Positions 46,779 to 55,551 of a DNA stretch of 64,000 nt are shown here, one piece after another (within the stretch, counting starts at the first letter, position 1; each line of letters opens with the position of its first letter). Origin of the DNA: a virus (lineage: Duplodnaviria; Caudoviricetes); the IMG/VR virus record IMGVR_UViG_3300005673_000057, positions 11,041-75,040 of that record; one strand, 5' to 3'. A model generated the notes under the pieces. That model did no database searches, was not told the origin of the DNA, and was given only the letters and a program-made list of their open reading frames with translations. The position numbers and the translations under genes were made by a program.

Positions 46779-47237
46779 TCACTCCCCAAAATAGAAGCAG
46801 CAAGCATATGCGAGCATGGTTGCCTCTGCATTCTCGCGACTATGCGGCCCGTCCATGATAACCGGATAAAAATCAGTCCATGGCAGAAGCCAGTCCTGTA
46901 CCTGCATCACGGCAGTTATCGGCTCCCCATGCTCTGACAAATCCCCGACGATCTGCACCGCAGGGCCGCCCGTGCAAAGCAGGATGCGATATTCGCACGG
47001 CTTCTGCACTTCGCCAGCCCCAGGGCCATACCATCCGCTGCGAACCTCCACCGATAGCGCATCTTCATGGATTGCGCGCTCGGCATCTTCTACGGCTCCC
47101 TCGGCTTCCGCAGATGCCTCCGGTGAATATTCATGGGCGCGACGCGCTTCTTGCAGAGCCTCCACCATTTCCCGAATGTTGTCGAAACATGCTTGGCCAG
47201 ATTGCTTCGCATTGGCGAGCTTGTCAGTCTCAGTCAT
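46779..47237 (-). CDS. Conserved phage early hypothetical protein
   Basis: GGAGG RBS; YRILLCTGGPA..I-G-L...QDW..PW motif. Confidence 0.6.
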   Translation of the reverse strand: MTETDKLANAKQSGQACFDNIREMVEALQEARRAHEYSPEASAEAEGAVEDAERAIHEDALSVEVRSGWYGPGAGEVQKPCEYRILLCTGGPAVQIVGDLSEHGEPITAVMQVQDWLLPWTDFYPVIMDGPHSRENAEATMLAYACCFYFGE

Positions 47238-47747
47238 GGACGTTGCCCTCCAATAACAAGACGTTGCCTTGCTTAATTAGGGTGGCATTCTTGATATATC
47301 TCAAACTGATGCGAGTCCCAGGAAGCCACACCATAACCTCCAAATCGAGGTTTTCTGGCGGCTCAGTGTTTAGGGTTTCTTTCAATTCAGCGAGTGTCAT
47401 GGCTTCATTCTCCCGATTTAGCCATTGTGAATTACTAGCAGCGAGTCTGCGCTATCCAATATGGATATTGCGCCGATACCCCTCATCCTTGGCGAGTTCG
47501 GCATAGTCGCGACGACCGGCAGCGGACTCGCGCTCATAAACGCCCTGCACTTGCTTGTCCGTGCATCGGCGCAAGTAGGCGCGGAATTCGTCTTTGTCCT
47601 TTTGCGTCATTGTAGAATCTCCCGTTTCCATCTAGAGCAAGTGTAACCCATTTCGTGGCGCTTATCTACTCACGATTTGTTACAAAGGATAGACGCCACG
47701 GCATAGGCGATGATTAAAGCAGTGACCGCACAGATCAGACTCCCGGT

Positions 47748-47942
47748 TTATGCAGCATTACCAGTTTGAACATTGTGCTCAACGTGACATGCAATCCATG
47801 TCCCATCATTGCACCGGCCAATTTCGACGCGCGCAAAGGAAATATACCTTTCGCCACGTTCCCAATATTGACCGGCCTTGTGATATCCTTCCGCCTTCAG
47901 GAAGGACTGGGCATCGTGCTCGGTCTTGAAGGTTTTCCACAT
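47748..47942 (-). CDS. Hypothetical protein
   Basis: TAATG coupling. Confidence 0.45.
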   Translation of the reverse strand: MWKTFKTEHDAQSFLKAEGYHKAGQYWERGERYISFARVEIGRCNDGTWIACHVEHNVQTGNAA

Positions 47943-47945
47943 TGA

Positions 47946-48173
47946 TTAATCTCCCAAGACATAGTGGCGCAGATAATGGCCGCACGGGAAGCCAATTTGC
48001 TGGCCGCTTTCCAGTGTGACCAGAATGCAATCGTCGGTTTCTTGCTCTACTGTGTCCACGATTGCGAATTCGGATTCGAATATGGCGTTGTCGCGATATG
48101 GGTCAGCGAAAACATCCCCTTGCAGATCAAGCCAATGACCCGGTTTGATATCGGCCGCTTTGATTACCCACAT
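47946..48173 (-). CDS. Small SH3/OB-like hypothetical protein
   Basis: CGGGAG RBS; IKAADIKPG motif. Confidence 0.5.
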   Translation of the reverse strand: MWVIKAADIKPGHWLDLQGDVFADPYRDNAIFESEFAIVDTVEQETDDCILVTLESGQQIGFPCGHYLRHYVLGD

Positions 48174-48212
48174 TGTCAGACTCCCGATTGTTGATTGTGG
48201 ATAGAGGCCGCA

Positions 48213-49112
48213 CTAAGCGGCCATTGCATCGTCACGAAATGCAGGACAACCATGATCTCGCAATGACTGAATCAGGTGGTTTAATCCCCTAGATTCCGCC
48301 GTCGATTCGTCACCAAAAAACTTTTCATTAATATTCATGCTTGGCAGGATATACGTTCCATCGCGTGGCTTGGCGGTGTCAACTGTAGATAAAGTCCCGA
48401 AACCGGCCACATTGCCGGAGTCGTCGTCGGAATAGCGCGCGGCGAACACTAGACGGCGGAACATAGCAGTATGCCCCAGGGCAAACGCCGCGCGGCCGAT
48501 ATCCATATGGTCGCCGGGCTCTTTAACAGTAAAGGCGACTCCCACTAAGCCACCATTAGGGGCTCTTGACATGGCCATACCAATGACATGGCAGGAAAAG
48601 CCATTCCCCTCGATTGCGTCAACTATCGCGCAAACCGTGGCCGCTTTGTTAATAAAGCAAGCGGAGTCAACGCCACCTAACCCGCCGACATGGTTGATAA
48701 GCGTAATGATGGGACGTTGGCGCGCATTGACTGAGTCTAGTCGTTTCATATGCATGGGATTGCCCGCAAGATAGCGCGGGACATCCGGTATTGCTCCGGC
48801 CACGCCATAGCGAACATAGCGGCGCTGTGTCGGATTATTGACGTTAATCCGATCGCGCAATGCCGCCGCACGAGTCGCGCCTTCCTGCCAGCCATCGCGG
48901 CAAAGGCCAATGGCCTCTTGCAACGATTCCGTGCCATAAAAGTATGGGTCGGTTCCGAAACATTCCTTATCCCAATATTGAGATTTAGGAATATCTTTGA
49001 CGTGTTCGCATATGGACTCAGGCGAGCTAAAGGTTAGCCAAGATTGATGTGCATTCGCCATGAATGGCATCAAAGCCATAAGGTCAGGCGCATTGCCTTT
49101 TGATAGGATCAT
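48213..49112 (-). CDS. vWA-like partner of MoxR/CbbQ AAA ATPase
   Basis: GAIPDVPRYLAGNP-HM; beta-alpha vWA-like core (ITLIN...AIVDAIE..GF); immediately downstream of the MoxR ATPase. Confidence 0.55.
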   Translation of the reverse strand: MILSKGNAPDLMALMPFMANAHQSWLTFSSPESICEHVKDIPKSQYWDKECFGTDPYFYGTESLQEAIGLCRDGWQEGATRAAALRDRINVNNPTQRRYVRYGVAGAIPDVPRYLAGNPMHMKRLDSVNARQRPIITLINHVGGLGGVDSACFINKAATVCAIVDAIEGNGFSCHVIGMAMSRAPNGGLVGVAFTVKEPGDHMDIGRAAFALGHTAMFRRLVFAARYSDDDSGNVAGFGTLSTVDTAKPRDGTYILPSMNINEKFFGDESTAESRGLNHLIQSLRDHGCPAFRDDAMAA

Positions 49113-49140
49113 GTCGCAAGTCTCCCGATTGCGTTCTCAG

Positions 49141-49169
49141 TATGTAGCACGAAAAGGGTTAGCTGTAAA
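49141..49169 (-). promoter_or_regulatory. Early promoter
   Basis: TTTACA-N17-TACATA with TAACCCTTTTCGT in the spacer. Confidence 0.55.
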
Positions 49170-49177
49170 GGGACAAA

Positions 49178-49203
49178 CGCTAGGCGCATTGGCGCGCCTA
49201 GCG
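49178..49203 (-). terminator. Terminator after the MoxR-like ATPase
   Basis: Perfect 10-bp stem CGCTAGGCGC/GCGCCTAGCG followed by TTTG on the minus strand. Confidence 0.55.
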
Positions 49204-49210
49204 ATAGGAT

Positions 49211-50449
49211 TTAGTGAGCGTGGTTCAAAATGCGCCGTTTCAAATCGGCGTCTGCGCCTTTCCAAATGAAAGACTCCTCGCATTGGTCAAAGGACCAGCC
49301 AGCCGCTATCATCTTCGCGCCCATGATAGACGCGCGGGGCGAGACGATAACGCGCGCCTTTTCCGCCATGACGCCACGCCGGATAGCTTGCACGCGATCA
49401 ACCCATGAGTCGTTGCCCGCAAGCTTGCGCTCCAATACCGCGTCATAATCCCAAGTGAGGAAGGCGAAACGGTCAATGGTCGCGCCATCCAATTGCGTGC
49501 GCCCGACATAGGTGCGATCTGCGCCATTGCCATATGTGTTCGCATTGGCAATGATACGGAAATCTTTGTGACGTGGAACCGGTTTCGTGCTATCCGGGAA
49601 GGCCATATGGCCATTTGCGAGGCCAGCATTCAGGATCAGCTGAACGTCGGCAGAACCTGAATCAAGCTCCTCAGCGCAGAACAGGCCACCGTGCTCGAAG
49701 GCTTGGCGGAACGGAGTCGAGTGATAGTTTCCCGCGCCGTCCTTATAGCCGATGTATTCATGCGTGCCCGACGCCGCGCTTTGGATATAGAATTCCAAGC
49801 CAAGGGCATGTGCGCATTGTTCACCTGCTGTACTCTTGCCGCCACCGGCCGGGCCAACAAGCATTACGGGGATATTTTGCCCGATTGCCTCGATCACCTG
49901 CGGCAGCATTTTGTGAGCATGGCCATCGATTGCCTTGGCTTCCGCACCATTGACTGAGACTTTGACGGTGACGCTAGGCGAGTGTTTCGCGATCATGTCG
50001 GGCAATGTGGCAAGTCGCTGGTCAATAATGGCATTGACCATTTCGGGATTACATCCGCCCTTTGCGAGAATATCGGCCAGCACGCCAGCAAGCTTGCCAG
50101 CGTCATTGACCGCATGCGCGGCTTGAACATGCTCTACAGGCGGCGCGGTCACGGTAATGGCCGGTTCCACGGTTTCGTCGTCATCCGGTGCGCTGGCAGT
50201 CAAGCCTTGCGTTATTGCGTTGCGCTTGTGCCACTCCAGCCCGAATTCGGCTGTATCGGCGTAATTGTAGCAATTGACCAGTTTCCACTTTTTCATGCTG
50301 GCCGCGTATTGGCCGGGCAAGCCCGATGCCGTGGCCCATTTCCTGAGAAGCTTGTGTGTCTCAGGCGATATGTTTGACGGCAGATTGCCACGCGCATAGC
50401 CAATAGCGGCTATGGCCTCTTGTGGCGTCATGGATGGAGTGCGTGCCAT
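49211..50449 (-). CDS. MoxR/CbbQ/CobS-like AAA ATPase
   Basis: MLVGPAGGGKS, LFCAEELD, FRIIANANTYG, LDGATIDRF, SPRA. Confidence 0.85.
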   Translation of the reverse strand: MARTPSMTPQEAIAAIGYARGNLPSNISPETHKLLRKWATASGLPGQYAASMKKWKLVNCYNYADTAEFGLEWHKRNAITQGLTASAPDDDETVEPAITVTAPPVEHVQAAHAVNDAGKLAGVLADILAKGGCNPEMVNAIIDQRLATLPDMIAKHSPSVTVKVSVNGAEAKAIDGHAHKMLPQVIEAIGQNIPVMLVGPAGGGKSTAGEQCAHALGLEFYIQSAASGTHEYIGYKDGAGNYHSTPFRQAFEHGGLFCAEELDSGSADVQLILNAGLANGHMAFPDSTKPVPRHKDFRIIANANTYGNGADRTYVGRTQLDGATIDRFAFLTWDYDAVLERKLAGNDSWVDRVQAIRRGVMAEKARVIVSPRASIMGAKMIAAGWSFDQCEESFIWKGADADLKRRILNHAH

Positions 50450-50488
50450 TGTGTGATTTCTCCCGAATCCTAATGGTGGCGGTCTGAA

Positions 50489-50518
50489 TATGTAGGACGG
50501 AATGGGTTAGGCTGTCAA
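50489..50518 (-). promoter_or_regulatory. Early promoter at the head of the leftward operon
   Basis: TTGACA-N18-TACATA with TAACCCATTCCGT in the spacer. Confidence 0.6.
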
Positions 50519-50631
50519 TATGGAATATGGGAGATTGTGGAAAGCTTGATATGTCAGTTAGTTAGCGGTGGCGTGAGACATGGGCGAAACGCCATTGCGA
50601 GCAGGGCCCGAATGCGTTATAAGACAAGGCT

Positions 50632-51015
50632 ATGAAAACAAAGAGAAAAAAGATGCCGCCACGCTTTCCGAGTCGTCGGCATCCGTGGGTAAGCGTCTCG
50701 CACGCCGCGCTAATTGCGCGCGACCGATACGATCCCAAAACAGGCCTTTTTTTAGATAAAAGGACTGGCAAGAGACGCGGATTTGTGACGGCGCAGGGAT
50801 ATATTGCGATTACATTCCGTGGCACGCTGTATTTAGCACATCGCCTCGCGTGGTTTTATGTGCACAAGGAATGGCCGGACACGATTGATCACATTAATTG
50901 CAATAAACAAGATAATCGCTTGATAAATCTTAGAAACGTCACACAATCAGAGAACGCAAGGCATTATTATGGGGAACAACGCGCTATATGGGGCACGCAA
51001 TGGCAGGACCGTTAG
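50632..51015 (+). CDS. HNH homing endonuclease
   Basis: YDPKTGLF, YLAHRLAWFY..EWP..IDHINCNKQDNRLINLRNVT..EN. Confidence 0.85.
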   Translation: MKTKRKKMPPRFPSRRHPWVSVSHAALIARDRYDPKTGLFLDKRTGKRRGFVTAQGYIAITFRGTLYLAHRLAWFYVHKEWPDTIDHINCNKQDNRLINLRNVTQSENARHYYGEQRAIWGTQWQDR

Positions 51016-51560
51016 CAAACCCACGTCATGAGAGATTTGCCCAAGTGCTGGCATATGGCCTCGCACAATCGCCACGATGGACTCAAGCCAAGGCATACGA
51101 GACGGCAGGTTACAAGCCAAGTGACCGAAATGTGGCAGATGCAGCCGCGTCACGCTTGTTAAGGAAGGTTAAGCCGATACTTGGCAGGGTGCATGAATTA
51201 CAAGCCCAAGCATTGCGTAAGAAAAAGATCACGGTCGAGTCCATTGTGGAAGAGCTCGAAGAAGCACGGGACATAGCCAAGCAAGGCAATCAAGCCAATG
51301 CCATGGTCGCAGCAAGCACGGGAAAGGCCAAGATATTGGGCCTTGTGGTAGATCGCACAGAACAAGGAAAGCCCGGTGACTTCGCACAAGCCAATGACCA
51401 AGCCAATGTCGCAAAGATGCTATTGCGTAATGCAGGCATGGATGAGTCAGAGGTAAGTGAGGTGGCTTGCGCCGAAGCCCTCGAAGCCTTAGGCCATTTT
51501 AATGAGCGCATTGCCGCCATCGTCCAGGGCGCGCGCATGACCGGCACGCAAGCTAGCTAA
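51000..51560 (+). CDS. terS: Terminase small subunit
   Basis: LANPRHERFAQ...AYE-AGY...AASRLL...I..R..EL; A-MVAAS..KAKILGL pattern. Confidence 0.7.
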   Translation: MAGPLANPRHERFAQVLAYGLAQSPRWTQAKAYETAGYKPSDRNVADAAASRLLRKVKPILGRVHELQAQALRKKKITVESIVEELEEARDIAKQGNQANAMVAASTGKAKILGLVVDRTEQGKPGDFAQANDQANVAKMLLRNAGMDESEVSEVACAEALEALGHFNERIAAIVQGARMTGTQAS

Positions 51561-51987
51561 GCCACGCCGCCAGCGTGGCGTACATCTAAATCCCAGTTAA
51601 CTTGTTCTAAAGTCTGGGCTTTTTGCTGCGCTACCATATCTTGTATGTCTTCCTTCGTCCGCGCGCCATGTCTTAGCCGGACACTGGCCTCATGCCCCTA
51701 GGTATGCACATGAGTCATGGTGCACAATGCACCCACAATCGCCCATAAATGGACGCTGGCAAGCTTTGTAGTGTGTGAGCTAGGGTGACAAGGGTGCGCC
51801 CAGAATAACGCGCCACGGATTAATTATGGGAGAAAATTATGGGAAACTGGGTCCAGGCAGAACGGGGGGCCCAACCTCGGCGTCGGTGGGCCCCGGTCAC
51901 TGTGACTAAGGCCTCTCCAAAAAAGGACCCATTTTTCCCAGATGGGGGTCCCAGTACAGCAAAATATGATTAGTATTCCAAGTACCG
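51561..51987. other. Non-coding region after terS, candidate packaging/terminus region
   Basis: No ORF; clustered palindromes (GCCACGC/GCGTGGC, GGGGCCCA/TGGGCCCC, GTCAC-T-GTGAC, GGACCC/GGGTCC) and an ATTATGGGA direct repeat. Confidence 0.4.
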
Positions 51988-52509
51988 CTACCTGCGGTTG
52001 TGCAGGGCATATTCTCCATGGAGCCTCTCCATGGCTTCCTTTGCAGCTTCGGCTGCTTCCTGCTCAGTCGCAAACCACCCTATAATCCTGCGGGTCCCAT
52101 TGGCCTGTACCCGAACCTTATATTTCTTTCTGCCCTGTCTCTGCGGGTAGAAGCAGACATTCTTGTGCTTGGAGGAGGTTCCTGCGGCTTTCCGGTTCCA
52201 TCCATTCTGGAACTTGGTCACCTCCCTAAGGTTTTTGATCTTGTTATTGAATGGATCCCCATCTCGATGGTCTAGCAATGGGGCCCACATTCCGTGGTGC
52301 AGGAACCACGCTGCTTTGTGGGCTGGGACCCTAATTCTGCTGCCAGCAGCCTTAAATTCTAGTCTTGGCCCATTCCTAGTAGAGGGGTGAGGATTCTTTA
52401 ATCCCTTGATTTTACCAGTCTTTTTGTCAAAAAATAGGCCCGTTTCCGGGTCATAAGTCACCCTCTCCGTCAGAAGACGTTTTACAATTTCCACCCTCTC
52501 TGGGGTCAT
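51988..52509 (-). CDS. HNH-AP2 homing endonuclease
   Basis: YDPETGLF, AHKAAWFL..G-W...LDHRDGDPFNNKIKNLREVT; AP2-like tail ending LHGEYA. Confidence 0.85.
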   Translation of the reverse strand: MTPERVEIVKRLLTERVTYDPETGLFFDKKTGKIKGLKNPHPSTRNGPRLEFKAAGSRIRVPAHKAAWFLHHGMWAPLLDHRDGDPFNNKIKNLREVTKFQNGWNRKAAGTSSKHKNVCFYPQRQGRKKYKVRVQANGTRRIIGWFATEQEAAEAAKEAMERLHGEYALHNRR

Positions 52510-52688
52510 GGCTTACCGTGTTTTTTCCACCAGTCATAATGGCCCTGTTTATCGGCCCATTTATCGTACTCCCCCCATGTCTCTGAGGTGGGAGAGATTC
52601 GATCTGCAAGCCTGCCTACCCTGTCCATCTGGCTCTCCAGCCACATGGCTAGGCGGCACCTGATACAGTCAGTCCACCGCATACTCAT
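52506..52688 (-). CDS. Hypothetical protein
   Basis: ATGA coupling on both sides. Confidence 0.45.
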   Translation of the reverse strand: MSMRWTDCIRCRLAMWLESQMDRVGRLADRISPTSETWGEYDKWADKQGHYDWWKKHGKP

Positions 52689-53016
52689 GCCTTTATCTCT
52701 GCCACATAAGCCTTGTACTTGGCCTTGCCAGCCTCACTGACTGGGCGTCTGCCCAGTATCTCCTCGGGCATGCCATCCTCGCATTGTGGCGGGATAACTG
52801 CATTATGGGTGAGCCATGGGAACTGAGTGCAGTCACATGGCATCCCCTTCCATGGGCACCTAGTCACTGTAGGTCCTGGATACGGGGCTAAGGGCAGACT
52901 CAAGCTCACGGCGCAACCGCTCGATCTCATCCGCCGCCTCCAGGCCCATGTGGGCAGCAGCAGAACTGTCGTTGATGCTATAAGCCGTCCGCAATCTTGC
53001 CACAATGTCCTCTTTC

Positions 53017-53298
53017 TCAGTCATCGTCCTGCACCCTCTCCACTAGCTCCAGCACCTTCTCACCCCTGGAACGCCGGTCCATGATCATGGCAATGGCTTC
53101 CTCGTAGCCACCGCAATCCATTGTCATGTCGGTGCATAAGTCAATGACATGATCTACGGTAACCACCGCATCCTCATCCATCTCCTCCATTACCAATAAG
53201 AAAAGGCGAATGAGTGAGCTTGCCCCCTCTGGCAACTTTTCACGCCACTGGGAAAAGTTCGCACCGCGCTTGAACCTCATGCTACCATCAATGTCCAT
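53017..53298 (-). CDS. Acidic hypothetical protein
   Basis: GGAG RBS, directly downstream of the tRNAs. Confidence 0.5.
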   Translation of the reverse strand: MDIDGSMRFKRGANFSQWREKLPEGASSLIRLFLLVMEEMDEDAVVTVDHVIDLCTDMTMDCGGYEEAIAMIMDRRSRGEKVLELVERVQDDD

Positions 53299-53320
53299 TA
53301 TCGTTCTCCACTAAGCTAAC

Positions 53321-53395
53321 TGGTCCGAGTGGCAGGAATCGAACCTGCATGATCTCGCTCCCAAAGCGAGTGATCAGCCATTGACCCACACTCGG
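53321..53395 (-). tRNA. tRNA-Pro(UGG)
   Basis: CCGAGTG/CACTCGG acceptor, A73, encoded CCA; anticodon arm CTCGC-TT-TGG-GA-GCGAG; T-arm GCAGG-TTCGATT-CCTGC. Confidence 0.95.
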
Positions 53396-53399
53396 TAGC

Positions 53400-53474
53400 T
53401 GGTTGCGGGGGATGGAATCGAACCATCCACCTCTGGCTTATGAAACCAGCGCTCTGCCACTGAGCTACCCCGCC
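53400..53474 (-). tRNA. tRNA-Met(CAU) with fMet-like acceptor (Ile2 not excluded)
   Basis: GGCGGGG/CCCCGCA acceptor with 1:72 mismatch; D-arm GCTC/GAGC; CTGGT-TT-CAT-AA-GCCAG; T-arm GATGG-TTCGATT-CCATC; encoded CCA. Confidence 0.9.
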
Positions 53475-53764
53475 TTAACCTTGTCTTCCACCTGCTTCAG
53501 TATATCAGTAAATATACTGATATTAGTCTTCTTCACCGGACGAAAATAATCCGAGTGAAACTCGGTCTCAGTATATTTGATATCCTCTGGATTCACGATC
53601 TCCTCCAGCAGGAGATACGTGCCCTCCCCATCCTCATGGTTAATGACCGCACGAACATGATAGATGCGACCCTTTTGTGGGAGACTGTAGGTTTGTGGAG
53701 GCACCACATTCTTATCCCACCAATTGTCGTCAATGCACACCACTTCCTGCCCCACATAAAACAT
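53465..53764 (-). CDS. SH3-like phage hypothetical protein
   Basis: MFYVGQEVVCIDD...G-IY-V...F....FRPV; stop codon lies inside the tRNA. Confidence 0.6.
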   Translation of the reverse strand: MFYVGQEVVCIDDNWWDKNVVPPQTYSLPQKGRIYHVRAVINHEDGEGTYLLLEEIVNPEDIKYTETEFHSDYFRPVKKTNISIFTDILKQVEDKVKAG

Positions 53765-53860
53765 CGTCCTTCTCCACCTCTCGCTCTCTGTCCTTCTCTG
53801 CCTGCCAGCACTGACGGCAGAGCACATGATCGCTGTCTCGCGATTGCTTGTACTTGCCAT

Positions 53861-54268
53861 TTATTTTGGTGAGGATTTTCCTTCCGCAATCGCAGTATCG
53901 TTGTCGTGCCATTCTTCCCCCTCCTTAATCTCAATCACCCTGACCCCCGCAGCCTTGGCTATCTTGACCATGTGCGCAGTACCTGAGCCACCGGGGAAGG
54001 CAACGACTAAATCCGGCTTGCCTTCCTCCAGCATCTGCTTGTTGCGAATGGGCCCGGCAGCCGTGCCATGTCCTTTCCAGTCTGCGCGATATTCCTCCAC
54101 CAGAATATTGTGGCGGGCGGCGTATGTTCCTGCCATTGTATCAGCGCCAGTGGCTGCACCATGCATAATGCAGGAAAACGGCGCTTCCACGACTTGTAGG
54201 GCAGAAAGAACCGTCTTCAGATAATCGTATTTCCGGTAGTCGCGCCCTCCACAAACCAGTACTCTCAT
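53861..54268 (-). CDS. SLOG/YspA-like (DUF2493) protein, copy 2
   Basis: MRVLVCGGRDY...HG-A-GAD...ADW..HG-AAGPIRN..M..GKPDLVVAFPGG-GT. Confidence 0.8.
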   Translation of the reverse strand: MRVLVCGGRDYRKYDYLKTVLSALQVVEAPFSCIMHGAATGADTMAGTYAARHNILVEEYRADWKGHGTAAGPIRNKQMLEEGKPDLVVAFPGGSGTAHMVKIAKAAGVRVIEIKEGEEWHDNDTAIAEGKSSPK

Positions 54269-54438
54269 TCTGGCTTCTCCGGTTGTTCTTTCAGGCCATC
54301 GCAACAATGGCTCTTGCCAGTGCCACCACATTCCTCGCATGGAATAAGATAGCACCAACAATCCTCGCCATCCGCAGTGATTCCGTCAGGAGTTAGGCCA
54401 ACTACCATGCCAGTGCCGTGACACTTCTCACAATTCAT
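54265..54438 (-). CDS. 57-aa DnaJ-type zinc-finger peptide
   Basis: Manual translation MNCEKCHGTG...PCEECGGTGKSHCCDG...; overlap-coupled at both ends. Confidence 0.6.
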   Translation of the reverse strand: MNCEKCHGTGMVVGLTPDGITADGEDCWCYLIPCEECGGTGKSHCCDGLKEQPEKPE

Positions 54439-54736
54439 CCTTTGTCTCCATATCGGGCTTGGCTGTCATGTCGGGTTTTTGTGCCATCTCGGCCGCTATG
54501 CGCTCGGCCTTTGCCAGCTTCAATTTTCGGTAAGCCTCGACGATCCCGCGATCTAGCGGTAGAGCGTCGATCATCGCCAGCAGGTCGCCGACCTCTTGGG
54601 CCAGCACGTCGCTGTTGCGCCCGTACATGGGCTCAATTCGGTCAAAGCCGAAGCGCAGGCACTTGGTCGCGGCTTGGATGACCTCGCCGCATTCCTCAAT
54701 GAGGATGACGATTAGATCGTCGCGTTTGAGGTTCAT
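54428..54736 (-). CDS. MazG-like nucleotide pyrophosphohydrolase
   Basis: EECGEVIQA..K...E-GDLLA acidic motif. Confidence 0.65.
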   Translation of the reverse strand: MNLKRDDLIVILIEECGEVIQAATKCLRFGFDRIEPMYGRNSDVLAQEVGDLLAMIDALPLDRGIVEAYRKLKLAKAERIAAEMAQKPDMTAKPDMETKDEL

Positions 54737-55551
54737 TTCTCGGTTCCCATTGCATCAGCAAGTCCAGTTCGCAGCTTTCCGATTGCTTCGTCGATGGTCG
54801 CCCGCAGTGCGGCAACCTCACTATCTTGGTGATCGCAGGCGTCCTGCGGATCGCCGAGACTGTTGATCGCCTCGTACATCCAAGACCGCAGCCGCTCGAT
54901 CACCCCCTTCGCCTCGGCGAGCTTCAATTTCAGCGTTTCGATTTCGTGCTGCATTGTGGTTTTCAAATATTGATAGTCGCTGCGTTGCTGCGCCTCGGCG
55001 AGTTGGCGGGCGAGGGTGGAGACTGCTTTTTCATGCGCCACCAACGCATACCAATATTCAATCGCCTGTTCTGGACGAACCGCCTGTCCTGTGACACCAG
55101 GTCGATTCCATTCATGATGTCGCCGCTCGGCCTCCACCATGATTTCATCAATATTGAATGCCACCGCCTCGCCGTCGTCTCGGGTGTTGGTGCCGCTCCG
55201 TTTCGCCAACCGACGCTTTGCATCGGCGACGGATTCGGCTTCCTCTTCTCGAATGCGCCGGGCGTCGTCATTGTCTCGGGGGTTGGTCATCGGGGGCTCC
55301 GGCATAGGCTTCATGCTGATGTTGTAACGGCAGCCGTCCATCTCGATATCAACGTCGGCTTGGCCGCATCCAAGCCCGGCTCCGGTGATCTTTGCGCCTG
55401 CCGCAGTAACCGCTGCTTCCAGCCATTTGCGCATGTTCCAGAACGCTTCAACATCCATTTCATTAAGCGCAAATCCAAACGGGTATTCCGCTCGCCTGTC
55501 GGTCGGGTTGGTCATCGGGGGCTCATCTACCTCGTTAGTGACGCTGCTCAT
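54733..55551 (-). CDS. Mosaic accessory protein with duplicated start modules
   Basis: EPPMTNP occurs twice; GC-rich; Ead/Ea22-like coiled-coil C-terminus. Confidence 0.5.
   Translation of the reverse strand: MSSVTNEVDEPPMTNPTDRRAEYPFGFALNEMDVEAFWNMRKWLEAAVTAAGAKITGAGLGCGQADVDIEMDGCRYNISMKPMPEPPMTNPRDNDDARRIREEEAESVADAKRRLAKRSGTNTRDDGEAVAFNIDEIMVEAERRHHEWNRPGVTGQAVRPEQAIEYWYALVAHEKAVSTLARQLAEAQQRSDYQYLKTTMQHEIETLKLKLAEAKGVIERLRSWMYEAINSLGDPQDACDHQDSEVAALRATIDEAIGKLRTGLADAMGTEK
55280..55524. repeat. 20-bp direct repeat
   Basis: GGGTTGGTCATCGGGGGCTC identical at 55280-55299 and 55505-55524; 14/15 related copy at 55177-55191. Confidence 0.85.

Noticed and set aside
54361-54420. Possible third tRNA
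   Set aside because: No T-loop (TTCRA) or CCA end; the region encodes the 57-aa zinc-finger ORF.
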